Origin: Octopus sinensis
Lineage: Eukaryota
Assembly: GCF_006345805.1 (NCBI RefSeq)
Contig: NW_021835625.1
Coordinates: 1 to 26,327 of the forward strand
Direction of reading: 5' to 3'
Length of the DNA stretch: 26,327 nt
Under the pieces are notes generated by a model. The model did not search any database. It worked only from the letters and a program-made list of their open reading frames with translations, and was not told the origin of the DNA. Shown in pieces: positions 1-10,063 of the stretch. Within the stretch, counting starts at the first letter, position 1. Every line of letters begins with the position of its first letter. A program made the position numbers and the translations under genes.

Positions 1-153
1 TCAAACTCCGCCGACGTCGACTTTGCCTTTCATCCCTTCGGGGTCGATTAAATATGTACCAGTTACGCATTGGGGTCGATGTATCGACTTAACCCTTTGT
101 CTGTCCTTGTTTGTCCCCTCTATGTTTAGACCCCTTGTGGGCAATAAAGAAAT
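1..153 (+). mobile_element. tRNA-type SINE, family B, 5'-truncated by the window edge; followed by (TATC)n
   Basis: Same sequence (gtcgactttgcctttcatcc..ggggtcgat..gtaccagttacgca..ccccttgtgggcaataaagaaata) recurs at 12592-12990, 13923-14112 (minus) and 21721-21913. Confidence 0.85.
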
Positions 154-171
154 AAATGTATCCATGCGTCT

Positions 172-191
172 ATCTATCTATCTACCTACCC

Positions 192-227
<36 letters not shown>
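172..227. repeat. (TATC)n microsatellite
   Basis: Direct reading. Confidence 0.95.
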
Positions 228-501
228 GACACACACATATGCACACATGCACAAAACATATATTTGTTATTAATGGGAAGAAGCAGTGTCCATGAGGACA
301 CTGCTTGGATTTCCCGAAGGAAGGAATCCGATTTCGCTCCCAGTATTCGTATTTCTTGCCTCCCCGGACAAGTCACGGATTATTCCCTGTTTCAGTCGAT
401 TGAGAATCGGGTGGAAATTGAATGATCTGTTGTTGAGTGTTGAGGTCTAGTAATGATTTATAGTCCTGAGATAGAATCTCCTATGTTGAAGAATACAAGT
501 A

Positions 502-966
502 TACGAGGTTTGATCAAAGAGTATCAGGACTGGTGCTATAAAAACGAAACTACAACACACATCATTTCGGCTTTAATTTCCTTCGAAATTGTCCTCTTCT
601 GAAGCTACTCACTTTATACAGTATTGTTTTCGTTGATGGACGCATTCATGGAATTCCTTGTTAGGAGAATAACGTATTCCTTTCGAGTGGGGTTTGATTC
701 TTGGAATTAGGAAAAAGTTCATAAGGGGCGACATCTGGAGAATGTTGTGCTTGACCGAAAACCGCAATTCTGTCCGACAACCTAAGTCTACGCACTTTAC
801 TTCCAAACACTGCTATACACAACGGAAGTGAACCAGGAGGACGATTATAACTTAGTGGACATGCGCGACAAAGCTAAAGTTCAATCTGTGCCAATCGGCT
901 TCACTCTACATACTTTTGCTAAGTAATCACAGCAACAGCCTCGATACTTTTTGATCAGATCTCGTA
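502..966 (-). mobile_element. Internally deleted mariner element (MITE-like, ~465 bp) with both TIRs
   Basis: Left end tacgaggtttgatcaaagagtatc (502-525) vs reverse complement of right end tacgagatctgatcaaaaagtatc (943-966): 21/24 identical, terminal TA at both ends. The minus strand retains a decayed transposase C-terminus (SPLMNFFLIPRIK..KGIRYS, resembling the YSPDLAPSDFFLFP.LK..L.G.RF region). Confidence 0.85.
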
Positions 967-1980
967 AATATTACGATAGAAAGGCAACGTAGATCGAGTG
1001 ACACAAATGTGGTAATGTAGTGGTATTTATTGTTGTATAGTAACGGATGTAGTAGTGTGGTGTTAGCTGTACAGTGTGGTAGGGGTAACAGAGATGCATT
1101 TGTTCCTATAGACATGCCATGTGACAATAGAGTTTTGTGGTTGTGTCCCTACAGATGTAGTAGTTTTGTCGCAGTGTTGTAGCGTCTGTAGTTGTGTGGT
1201 TGTGTCTGAATCTAGGCAGCAGTGTGTGTAGCTGTATGATAATGTATGTGAGTTAATTGCCCTTCATTCCTCCGTGATCAATAAAATAAAGTACCTGTAA
1301 AATGCTGGGGTCAATTTAATCAATTAGCCCTCTCTCTCACCCGCAAATTTCCAGCTTGGTACCTACGTTAAAAGCTATATATAGTGTTGCGGTTGTAGTA
1401 CCTGCTGTGGTTGCCTGTAGTGGTTACTGTTGTTGTTGTTGTTGTCTTGTGGTAGATATAATGTTACAAGCCTTGCTAACTGCTGCGGTAGGGCGGAGTC
1501 TACAGTATTATGGAAGTGATTATAACAATATAAGGGAACTATAATGATGCGTGATTGGTTTTGATGATGCTGTGGTGATGATGTTTAAGACCTAACAGAC
1601 TTATGGGCCAAGCTAATCTAACCATGACCATTCCCACTTTAAATTTTTCAACCTTATCCTCTTTAGGACTACAATATACAATATGTACTTCGTTTTCTTG
1701 TTATTTCTAGTAAATAGAACGTCCTTATAAAAGCACGCTTTTGGATTATATTGTGTATGGTATGGTGGTGGGGTGGTTCATTTAAGATCAAATCGAGGGA
1801 GTGTAGAGAGATAAAGGGGTAGAGAGGGGGATACTTTTAGTGTTCACATAAAGGGGGAGGGGCAATGTTTTGACATTTGACAAATGCCCCAAGACTTGTG
1901 AGAAAGAAGAAAGGAACCTTGAAAGTGAAAACCTGACCCGATAATTTGCAACAAAGTGTAAATCCACAAAAGACATCAAA

Positions 1981-2604
1981 CGAGGGGTGTTCATTAAAGA
2001 TTTTCCCTGACCCACTTTCGGTGATTACTGGAAACGGAATTTGCACAGGTGTAATCATACATGTTTCTACATGTCACATTATAAATTGCAGTTTTCCACC
2101 AGTATTCGTTTGTCTTCTACGACTGCTGAAGTGGACCAAGGTGTTAGAATGGAGGCAGTTGAACGCAGATCAGGGATCGGGTTTTTATACACGAAAGGTT
2201 GTACACCAAAAGAGACTTTCGATGAGATGAAATGAGTTTATGGTAACGATGCTCCATCATACGACATAGTCAAGCACCGGCATCGCCAGTACAAATGTGG
2301 TCGGACATCGGTGGAGACTGCTCCCATTCCGGGACGGCCACATTCCGGCCATTGATGAAGACACCATCCATAAATTGGAAGCCGCCATTTCGGAGGAGCG
2401 CTGCATAACTATTTGGCAACTAGCCCAAGAAGTGAAAATAAGCGTAGGATCCATGGAAAAAATCATTCACAACCATTTGTACATGTGGAAATTGTCTACA
2501 CGATGGTTTCCCGGATGCTCACACCTTTTTAGAAGCAGGAACGAGTCAACTACTTCCGGTCTCTTTTGGCAATGTGCCAAGAAAACGTGGAGGACTTTTT
2601 TTTA
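1981..2604 (+). mobile_element. Mariner 5' half: TIR plus disrupted transposase N-terminus (ATG 2149)
   Basis: Starts cgaggggtgttcattaaag (mariner-type TIR). Translation MEAVERRSGIGFLYTKGCTPKETFDEMK*VYGNDAPSYDIVKHRHRQYKCGRTSVETAPIPGRP / IDEDTIHKLEAAISEERCITIWQLAQEVKISVGSMEKIIHNHLYMWKLSTRWFP / RMLT shows the bipartite HTH and a WVPRxL-type motif, with a stop and frameshifts. The catalytic domain is absent. Confidence 0.9.
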
Positions 2605-2643
2605 CGTAAAGTGTCAAATGAAGATGTGACGGATTACATTAGC

Positions 2644-2715
2644 CACCCATGAAGGCGACTGCGACGGGATTTGAACTCAGAAAGCAGAGAACCAAAACAA
2701 ATACCACAAGGCACC
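2644..2715 (-). mobile_element. Diverged SINE fragment
   Basis: gggatttgaactcagaa is the reverse complement of the B-box-like ttctgagttcaaat seen in family B copies. Confidence 0.45.
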
Positions 2716-3078
2716 TCATTTACCAGTTACCCGCCCTTGGCTGCAACTTCACTCTATCAAAACCCCAAAAGATGGAAGTTGGTGTTAATGGGGTCAGAAT
2801 TTGAACTGGGGAAGTGAGAAGCTTTCTCTGTTCAATGGCAACCGTAGCGGTGTAATGATGTTTATCTGGGTGAGTGATATTTAGGGTGGTGGAGGCAGTT
2901 TATGGTGGATTTCTGTCTTTCACGTGAGTATTCACTTGTTCGGTCATCTGAATTACATGCCCCTGAATCAGCGTGTAAGTGGTTGAGTGTTCCAGAGAAA
3001 CAGATACCTTAAAAGCATAGTCAGCATGACACAATGTGTGGTGAAGCTGTTCTCTTCAAATTCCGGGTACAATCAAGC

Positions 3079-3233
3079 CGACGGGCTCCTTCACACTTCG
3101 CGTCCGTCTACCCAATTTCATTCTTCGTGAGGTTTGGGTTGACTGGAGATTATGGCATTTGCCCAAGGTGCCACGCTGTGGGATTGAACGCAGAACCTCG
3201 TGGTTGTGTAGCGAACTCCTTAAACTATCCAAC
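3079..3233 (-). mobile_element. Diverged tRNA-type SINE head related to family A
   Basis: Minus strand reads ..gagttcgctacacaaccacgaggttctgcgttcaatcccacagcgtggcaccttgggcaaatg..gtagacgga.., which aligns with the head at 21500-21655. Confidence 0.7.
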
Positions 3234-3493
3234 TATACTACGCTTAGAGAGAGAGAGAGAGACAGACAGATAAACAGACAGAGAGAAAATTGTTATAATG
3301 TGATAACGGATGCAGTGAGTGGGGGAAGGGTTATAGTGATGTGGCGGTGTTATTGTTGGTGAGCAGTTATTACAAGGAGGTATTTAGTTCGACGCACTGA
3401 CTCTGAGACCTTGCCACCTAGATAATGAGAGAGCGAGGTGGTGAGTGGGGGAGAGAAGTATATAGATGGATAGATAGATAGATAGATAGATAC

Positions 3494-3698
3494 GTTTCTT
3501 TATTGGCCACACAGGGCTGCACACAGATGGGACAAGTTACAAAGTAGTAGAGCTTTCTTTTCGGGGATGAAGAGAACAAAAAACAAAAGAAAAAAATGGG
3601 GTGGCGTAGGTTTTCGATCAAGAGGGATCGTAAAAGGGAAGAAAAGAACAAAAACAAAAAAAAATTGAATAAAATAAAAAAGAATAAAAAGAAAAAAA
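3494..3698 (-). mobile_element. Short 3'-terminal fragment of the Tx1-like LINE, embedded in (GATA)n
   Basis: tttctttattggccacacagggctgcacacagatgggacaagttacaaag..gatcaagagggatcgtaaaagg matches 16397-16535. GATA arrays lie on both sides (3462-3491, 3699-3828). Confidence 0.85.
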
Positions 3699-3728
3699 AT
3701 AGATAGATAGATGATAGATAGATAGATT

Positions 3729-3773
<45 letters not shown>

Positions 3774-3777
3774 CAGC

Positions 3778-3829
<52 letters not shown>

Positions 3830-4235
3830 AGGACAGGCAGACAGACAGATAGAGAGAGAGAGGTGGGGAGAGAAATAAAAAGAAATGGCAAAAATGAGAG
3901 CAAGGAGCAAAATGAGGAAAAAAACGAAGGAGCTGATAGCGGTGAGGGTAAAAAATATGAAATAAAGTGCAAAAGAAAAAAACAAAAGCACCAACAAAAA
4001 ACAAAAGACTTTTAGGATTCTGAATATTATTTAATGAAGAGGGATCTACAAGTATAAAGAGGTCAGAGCTAACCTTGGAATGGTAACTAAAACCGATTCC
4101 AACTCCGATAGATTATCTGATTGTATACTGATCCTAGCAAGATTATCTGACGTTGTTATACTGTTGATCTTCAAACAGCTCCACTTACCATAGATTATAA
4201 TCAGAAAAACGAATTATTACTCTGTTTTTAACAAT

Positions 4236-4402
4236 ACAACAACAACAACAACAACAATAATAATAGTAATAATAAAAATAATAATAATAGTAATAATAAT
4301 AATAATAACTATAATAATAATAATAATAACAACAACAATAACAATAATAATAATAATAATAATAACAACAGCAAAACAACAACAACAACAACAACAACAA
4401 TA

Positions 4403-4458
<56 letters not shown>
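4236..4458. repeat. Compound (AAT)n/(AAC)n microsatellite
   Basis: Direct reading. Confidence 0.95.
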
Positions 4459-4572
4459 TGATATTTCTACATTTTCTTTCATATTGTTGTTAATGTAGTA
4501 AACTAAAACATCTCTTGAAATTATTGGAAATTCCTTCCAGGGAAACCAGTTGAGCAATATTAACGATAGTAT

Positions 4573-4693
4573 GAGTTACCGAAACCGTTACAGCGCTGAG
4601 CAAAATCTTTAAGCGTTGAGTCTAAATTCTGCTGAGGTCGATTTTTGCCATTCATCCTTTCGGGGTCGATAAAATAAGTAAGTACCAGTTGGA
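4573..4693 (+). mobile_element. Diverged family B SINE fragment
   Basis: gagtctaaattctgctgaggtcgatttttgccattcatcctttcggggtcgataaaataagt..gtaccagtt aligns with the family B core. Confidence 0.7.
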
Positions 4694-4761
4694 TCGGGTC
4701 ATATTGTCTTAATGGCTTATTATCTAACACACTCACCGGTTCGATTTCTATTTATTTTTTA

Positions 4762-5154
4762 CTAGCAGTATCGCCCGGCGTTGCTCGGGTTTGTAAGGGA
4801 AATAACTATATAAGCATTTTTAGAGATGTAAAGTATAATAACCATCTCAACATGGCTAACCACAAAGGGGGGGGTTACTGTAGCTTTTTACGTTCTGAGA
4901 TTTAATAATAAATTTTTAGAGAGTTACTTCCCTTATATATGCCAAAAATGCATTAAATATGGAAAAAAATTATGGTAAATTTTTTTTTTAAATCGTAGAC
5001 TCATCGTAGACGCGCGCTAATACCCAGAAGGGCTTGATATGAATCACGACTATAAGATACCCGGTTTTGGTTAAACTGCACCGCAAAATGTGGGAGTAGT
5101 TAGGAATCTAAATCGTAGGAGACAGACACCACACAACCTCTGTTTTATATATAA
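4762..5154 (-). mobile_element. Non-autonomous Helitron-like element (~390 bp)
   Basis: The minus strand ends CCCGAGCAACGCCGGG (hairpin, 4789-4774), 8 nt, CTAG, followed by T: a canonical Helitron 3' terminus. The opposite end is a TATATATAAAA-type terminus near 5154, where the expected 5' TC is not clearly intact. Confidence 0.7.
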
Positions 5155-5679
5155 CTACTTGTATTTTTTTTTTCCAAAATCTTCGTTGATTTTGCAGTTT
5201 TGTCAACGGTGGTTGACTCTGTCCGTTATTGGAGCTGCGTTCTTTTTTGTCTGTTTGTGCGCATGTGTGTGCGTCAGCATGCAATTGTGCTTATGTATGC
5301 ACATATATATGTATTCTGTATATTCATGTGTTTGTATGTATGTGTATGTATTTGTGTGTGTACATCTGTGTGTATTTGTGTGCGTACCACGCAGTTTTCA
5401 TTCGTGCATTTGGTATTTTCGAAGAGGTACGTCCGACAGACTGCGATCTGACGGAGCTCCCTGGCTTTTCAACGATCTTAATGTTGAGTTTGGTCTCCTT
5501 CAGAGCATTCCTTGGAAAATATTAACCTTAGCATTAACTATACAACTATAAATATAGTTTTACGAAGATGTACTCGCATAGCAAGTGACCTGATCTGAGA
5601 TCGTGTGCTGGAACGAAAATGATTGCAGCGTAGAAGGTGTTTATAAGCCATTTAAGAAACACAGAAAAAACCGTTAGAT

Positions 5680-5955
5680 TCATACAGCATAAACTATATA
5701 GTGTGTGCTTGTAAAGACAAGGCCCCGGCATAACTTGGAGAAACATCTGGAAATATTGCAGAGAGATTAAATAAACACTTGAAGTAATATAATGACAAAC
5801 AACAGCCTCCCATAGTCCACCAACATAGAGGCACACTGGGCCGACTTCCCATACGTATTTTATCCAAGCACCCGAAAGGGCCATCAGTTAGACAAATGCA
5901 GGAGAACGTCCGAATAAATGAAACGTCCTCCGTACTAAATAGGAAATATGCGTAG
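5680..5955 (+). pseudogene. Decayed GIY-YIG endonuclease fragment, Penelope-like element type
   Basis: The frame from 5692 reads NYIVCACKDKAPA*LGETSGNIAERLNKHLK*YNDK (Y-I/L-GET..R..EH pattern, stops at 5731 and 5785). After a frameshift it reads HQHRGTLGRLPIRILSKHPKGPSVRQMQENVRINETSSVLNRK, resembling the R..E..I....LN C-terminal motif. Confidence 0.6.
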
Positions 5956-6144
5956 AAGGTAGTGATGCCCTAATGCCCACAGAATATACATACATAAGTA
6001 CAGTTGCTAGCAGGCTGTTATGTAGGCATATATATATAAAGGATAAATATATTTATATAAAGAATAAAAAGTTTTGAATGGTACGACAATGCACTATGAT
6101 ACGAACAATGGGCTATATACCCGTTGTAATTTAGTCACCCATAG

Positions 6145-6190
6145 TCTGATAATATTTCGGAATAAAATTCCTTCTTCAGATATTCTCAGA
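6145..6190 (-). ncRNA. Possible degenerate minimal hammerhead motif (PLE-like)
   Basis: Minus strand: tctgagaatat-CTGAAGA-a-ggaa-tttta-ttcc-GAAA-tattatcaga. Both core boxes and a 4-bp stem II are present; stems I and III are imperfect. Confidence 0.4.
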
Positions 6191-6205
6191 TGGAGTCTAA
6201 GACGC

Positions 6206-6238
<33 letters not shown>

Positions 6239-6301
6239 TTCATACATATACAAACACACAAAATCACACACAAGCACACACTACGCACATATATAAGGTA
6301 T

Positions 6302-6347
<46 letters not shown>

Positions 6348-6605
6348 GCAATTAAGGACAACTACTTAATAAGGAAAACTTACAAGAATTGTCAGGTAGA
6401 TAGCGTAAAAACCTCATAAGAGAAAAAATTTCGAAAAAAATTATTTCTTATTGACATATTAATTATATATAGAGGGCATTATACATACATGCCAGGAGGC
6501 ATTGTATATACATGCCAAACGCTAAGAGGGACAATCAGTCATTTCTACCAAAAATATTATAATCCCACCGAATGCAATTTTTCAAAGTAAGACATTTAAA
6601 AATAT

Positions 6606-6653
6606 AGGCCTGTATCACAGTGATTTCATACTTACGTAATCATCAGCAGGCCT
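6606..6653 (-). ncRNA. Type I hammerhead ribozyme motif, copy 1 (intact)
   Basis: AGGCCUG CUGAUGA UUAC GUAA GUAU GAAA UCACUGUGA UA|CAGGCCU: perfect 7-bp stem I, both core boxes, GNRA-capped stem II, short stem III and an AUA (NUH) triplet. Confidence 0.8.
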
Positions 6654-7083
6654 GAATGTATTATAAATAAACAACGACTCTGCCTCGCTTAAGCCGATCA
6701 GCTAACTGATCAACATCAACGAACACATGGGTGAGTTATATATATTACAAAATCGGGTAAATGGTAAACTTTTACGAATTGCATTTCGGAGAGGAAAAGT
6801 TTTTTCGGAATAAAAATTTAGCAATTAAGGACAACTACTTAATAAGGAAAACTTAACAAGAAATTGTCAGGTAGATAGCGTAAAAACCTCATAAGAAAAA
6901 ATTTCGAAAAAAATTATTTCTTATTGAACATATTAATTTATATATAGAGGGCATTATACATACATGCCAGGAGGCATTGTATATACATGCCAAACGCTAA
7001 GAGGGACAATCAGTCATTTCTACCTACAAAATATTACTAATCCCACCGAATGCATTTTTTCAAAGTAAGACATTTAAATATAT

Positions 7084-7130
7084 AGGCCTGTATCACAGTG
7101 ATTTCATACTTACGTATCATCAGCAGGCCT
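7084..7130 (-). ncRNA. Type I hammerhead motif, copy 2 (1-nt deletion in the stem II 5' strand)
   Basis: Identical to copy 1 except gtatcatcag instead of gtaatcatcag on the plus strand. Confidence 0.7.
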
Positions 7131-7548
7131 GAATGTATTATAAATAAACAACGACCTGCCGCCCCGTGCCTCGCTTAAGCGATCAGCTAACTGACAACAT
7201 CAACGAAGCACATGGGTGAGTTTATATATATTACATCCGGGTAATGGTAAACTTTTACGAATTGCATTTCGGGAGAGGAAAAGTTTTTCGGAATAAAATT
7301 TAGCAATTAAGGACAACTACTTAATAAGGAAAACTTAACAAGAAATTGTCAGGTAGATAGCGTAAAAACCTCATAAGAGAAAAAATTTTTATTCCGAAAA
7401 AACTTTTCCTCTCCCGAAATGCAATTCGTAAAAGTTTACCATTTACCCGGATGTAATATATATAACTCACCCATGTGCTTCGTTGATGTTGATCAGTTAG
7501 CTGATCGGCTTAAGCGAGGCAGGGTCGTTGTTTATTTATAATACATTC

Positions 7549-7595
7549 AGGCCTGCTGATGATTACGTAAGTATGAAATCACTGTGATCAGGCCT
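7549..7595 (+). ncRNA. Type I hammerhead motif, copy 3 (lacks one A at the cleavage triplet)
   Basis: aggcctg ctgatga ttacgtaagtat gaaa tcactgtga t caggcct. Confidence 0.7.
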
Positions 7596-8027
7596 ATATT
7601 TTTAAATGTCTTACTTTGAAAAATTGCATTCGGTGGGATTAGTAATATTTTTGGTAGAAATGACTGATTGTTCCTCTTAGCGTTTGGCATGTATATACAA
7701 TGCCTCCTGGCATGTATGTATAATGCCCTCTATATATAAATTAATATTTTCAATAAGAAATAATTTTTTTCGAAATTTTTCTCTTATGAGGTTTTTACGC
7801 TATCTACCTGACAATTTCTTGTTAAGTTTTCCTTATTAAGTAGTTGTCCTTAATTGCTAAATTTTTATTCCGAAAAAACTTTTTTCCTCTCCCGAAATGC
7901 AATTCGTAAAAGTTTACCATTTACCCGGATGTAATATATATAAACTCACCCATGTGCTTCGTTGATGTTGATCAGTTAGATGATCGGCTTAAGCGAGGCA
8001 GGGTCGTTGTTTATTTATAATACATTC

Positions 8028-8075
8028 AGGCCTGCTGATGATTACGTAAGTATGAAATCACTGTGATACAGGCCT
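8028..8075 (+). ncRNA. Type I hammerhead ribozyme motif, copy 4 (intact); predicted cleavage between 8068 and 8069
   Basis: aggcctg ctgatga ttacgtaagtat gaaa tcactgtga ta caggcct. Confidence 0.8.
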
Positions 8076-8217
8076 ATATTTTTAAATGTCTTACTTTGAA
8101 AAATTGCATTCGGTGGGATTAGTAATATTTTTGGTAGAAATGACTGATTGTCCCTCTTAGCGTTTGGCATGTATATAACAATGCCTCCTGGCATGTATGT
8201 ATAATGCCCTCTATATC

Positions 8218-8266
<49 letters not shown>

Positions 8267-8301
8267 AATATATATAATATTTATACATACACACAGGCAG
8301 A

Positions 8302-9262
8302 CTTCCGGTATGCAGAGGTTTCGACTAGTAGTACTTGTATATGCAAGATGTTTGTGTGTATATATATATATATATAAAGAGAGAGAGAGGGGGGTTAGCT
8401 AAATGGGTAAGTAGATAGACAGGTACTTATGTAATACGGACATACACGCATATAAACACACAAAGAGACAGAGATACACACACATACATACATACATACA
8501 TACATATGCACACTGACGCAAACATACGTACAAACAGACGAAAAAGAATGCAGCTCCAATAACGAACAGAGTCAACATTCATTGACAAGATTGCAAAAGC
8601 AACGAAAGTTTTGGAAGAAAAAATATAAATGTTAAATGAGTGGAAATCGAACCAGTGAGTGTGTTAAGTAATAAGGCATTAAGACATCTCCCCAGATGCC
8701 GCATAATTTGCTTCAACACACGAGTTCATATGGACAATCTTGCAAACCAGATACAAAAACAAAATATATGTATATCGTGTATATATGTATATATATGTGT
8801 GCGTGTATGAAGGTGCATAGCTTAGTGGTTATGGTGTTGTACTCACGATTGCGAGTTCATGGGTTTAATTTCCAGACCAGACGTCGCATTGTGTTCTTGA
8901 GCAAAGCACTTCATTTCAGGTTGCTCTGCGATCATTTCCACACGTGACGTGTGGCACCCAGTAGCACCTGTACAGGTGATGTCGATCTGATGGAGAGAGT
9001 GAGCTTATGTCTACACAAGCATTTTGATCACTATAAACGAATCATCTGTGTGGTTGTTCAATAAGAAATTGCAGAACACTCATACATCGTCTAACCGTTA
9101 TTATTGTTGATATTATTATTATTATTATTACTACTACTACTATTATTATTATTATATACAAATGCACACACACACATATATATACATACATATATATATA
9201 GCTGTTTTACAAACAGCTTGCACATGCAAGTGCTACTAGTCGAAACCTCCGCATACCGGAAG
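8302..9262. repeat. Pair of 54-bp inverted repeats (8302-8355 and 9209-9262)
   Basis: The reverse complement of the left copy matches acaaacagcttgcacatgcaagtgctactagtcgaaacctccgcataccggaag at 49/54 positions. Confidence 0.8.
8812..9097 (+). mobile_element. tRNA-type SINE, family C, with a (TTA)n tail
   Basis: A-box-like tagcttagtgg and B-box-like gggtttaatttcc, then gcattgtgttcttgagcaaagcactt. A related head lies at 13128-13262. Confidence 0.7.
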
Positions 9263-9268
9263 CCAGCA

Positions 9269-9310
<42 letters not shown>

Positions 9311-10023
9311 ATAAATGGAATTAAACGCAGGTGTTATTCAAATATATATATATATTTCCTTCTTTCCTGAGCGTCCAATAATACTATATTTGTTCCATAT
9401 CTTCGCGTTGTTATGTTTTATTATGCTTTCTTGTTTGGATTAACTATATATACACACATTTTTACCCTATGTGTGCGTGAGTGTGTCCTTCTGTGTGATT
9501 TTGTGTGTTTGTATATGTATGTATATATATATTATATGCGTCTTTGCATATATATGTATGTTTGCGCCTGCATATGTATGTGTCTGACCATGTTTTTTTT
9601 TATATCTTTCTATGTGTATAAGCATATTTGTGTATATCTGTCTGCATTTATGAATGTGTGCATGTGTATGTCTGTGTGCTTGTACGTCTGTGTGTGTATA
9701 GGTGTATATATGTACATTTAGGCTTCTGTATATGTGTTTCTATATATATATATATATATATGCTTGCGTGTGTAATTAAAGGAGTGTGTGTATATGTGTG
9801 TGTCTGTGTTTATATCCTATTTGTGTTTTAAAGTTTTTGTCGCCGATCAAAACAAAAACTATGTTGCGTAAACATCATAACTTAGCCGATCGATAAAACA
9901 TGATCGATAGAGTAATTGCTGGACTCAAGCAAACACTTGGCTTCTTCTGACTGAGTCCAATCATAGGAAGCTGCACCCCGACACAAACGCTCTCCAAAAC
10001 TTTAAAAAGATGCAAAAACAAAT

Positions 10024-10062
<39 letters not shown>

Positions 10063-10063
10063 G

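Larger units (their letters stand above)
6344..8216. mobile_element. Tandem plus inverted array of ~475-480 bp ORF-less units, each with a hammerhead motif (retrozyme / Penelope pLTR-like)
   Basis: Units at 6344-6816 and 6817-7298, a partial unit at 7299-7386, then reverse-complement units at 7387-7861 and 7862-8216 (partial). Flanked by (AT)n at 6301-6343 and 8221-8261. Confidence 0.85.

Noticed and set aside
502-2604. Mariner C-terminal piece (502-966) and N-terminal piece (1981-2604) as one split element
   Set aside because: They are in opposite orientations, have different TIR sequences, and the first already has both of its TIRs.
6344-8216. Array as a CRISPR array or ordinary satellite
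   Set aside because: There are no unique spacers and the context is eukaryotic. The few units, the inversion and a ribozyme motif in each unit argue against a plain satellite.
8812-8880. tRNA gene
   Set aside because: Only A/B-box-like remnants, no cloverleaf, and it continues into a SINE body.
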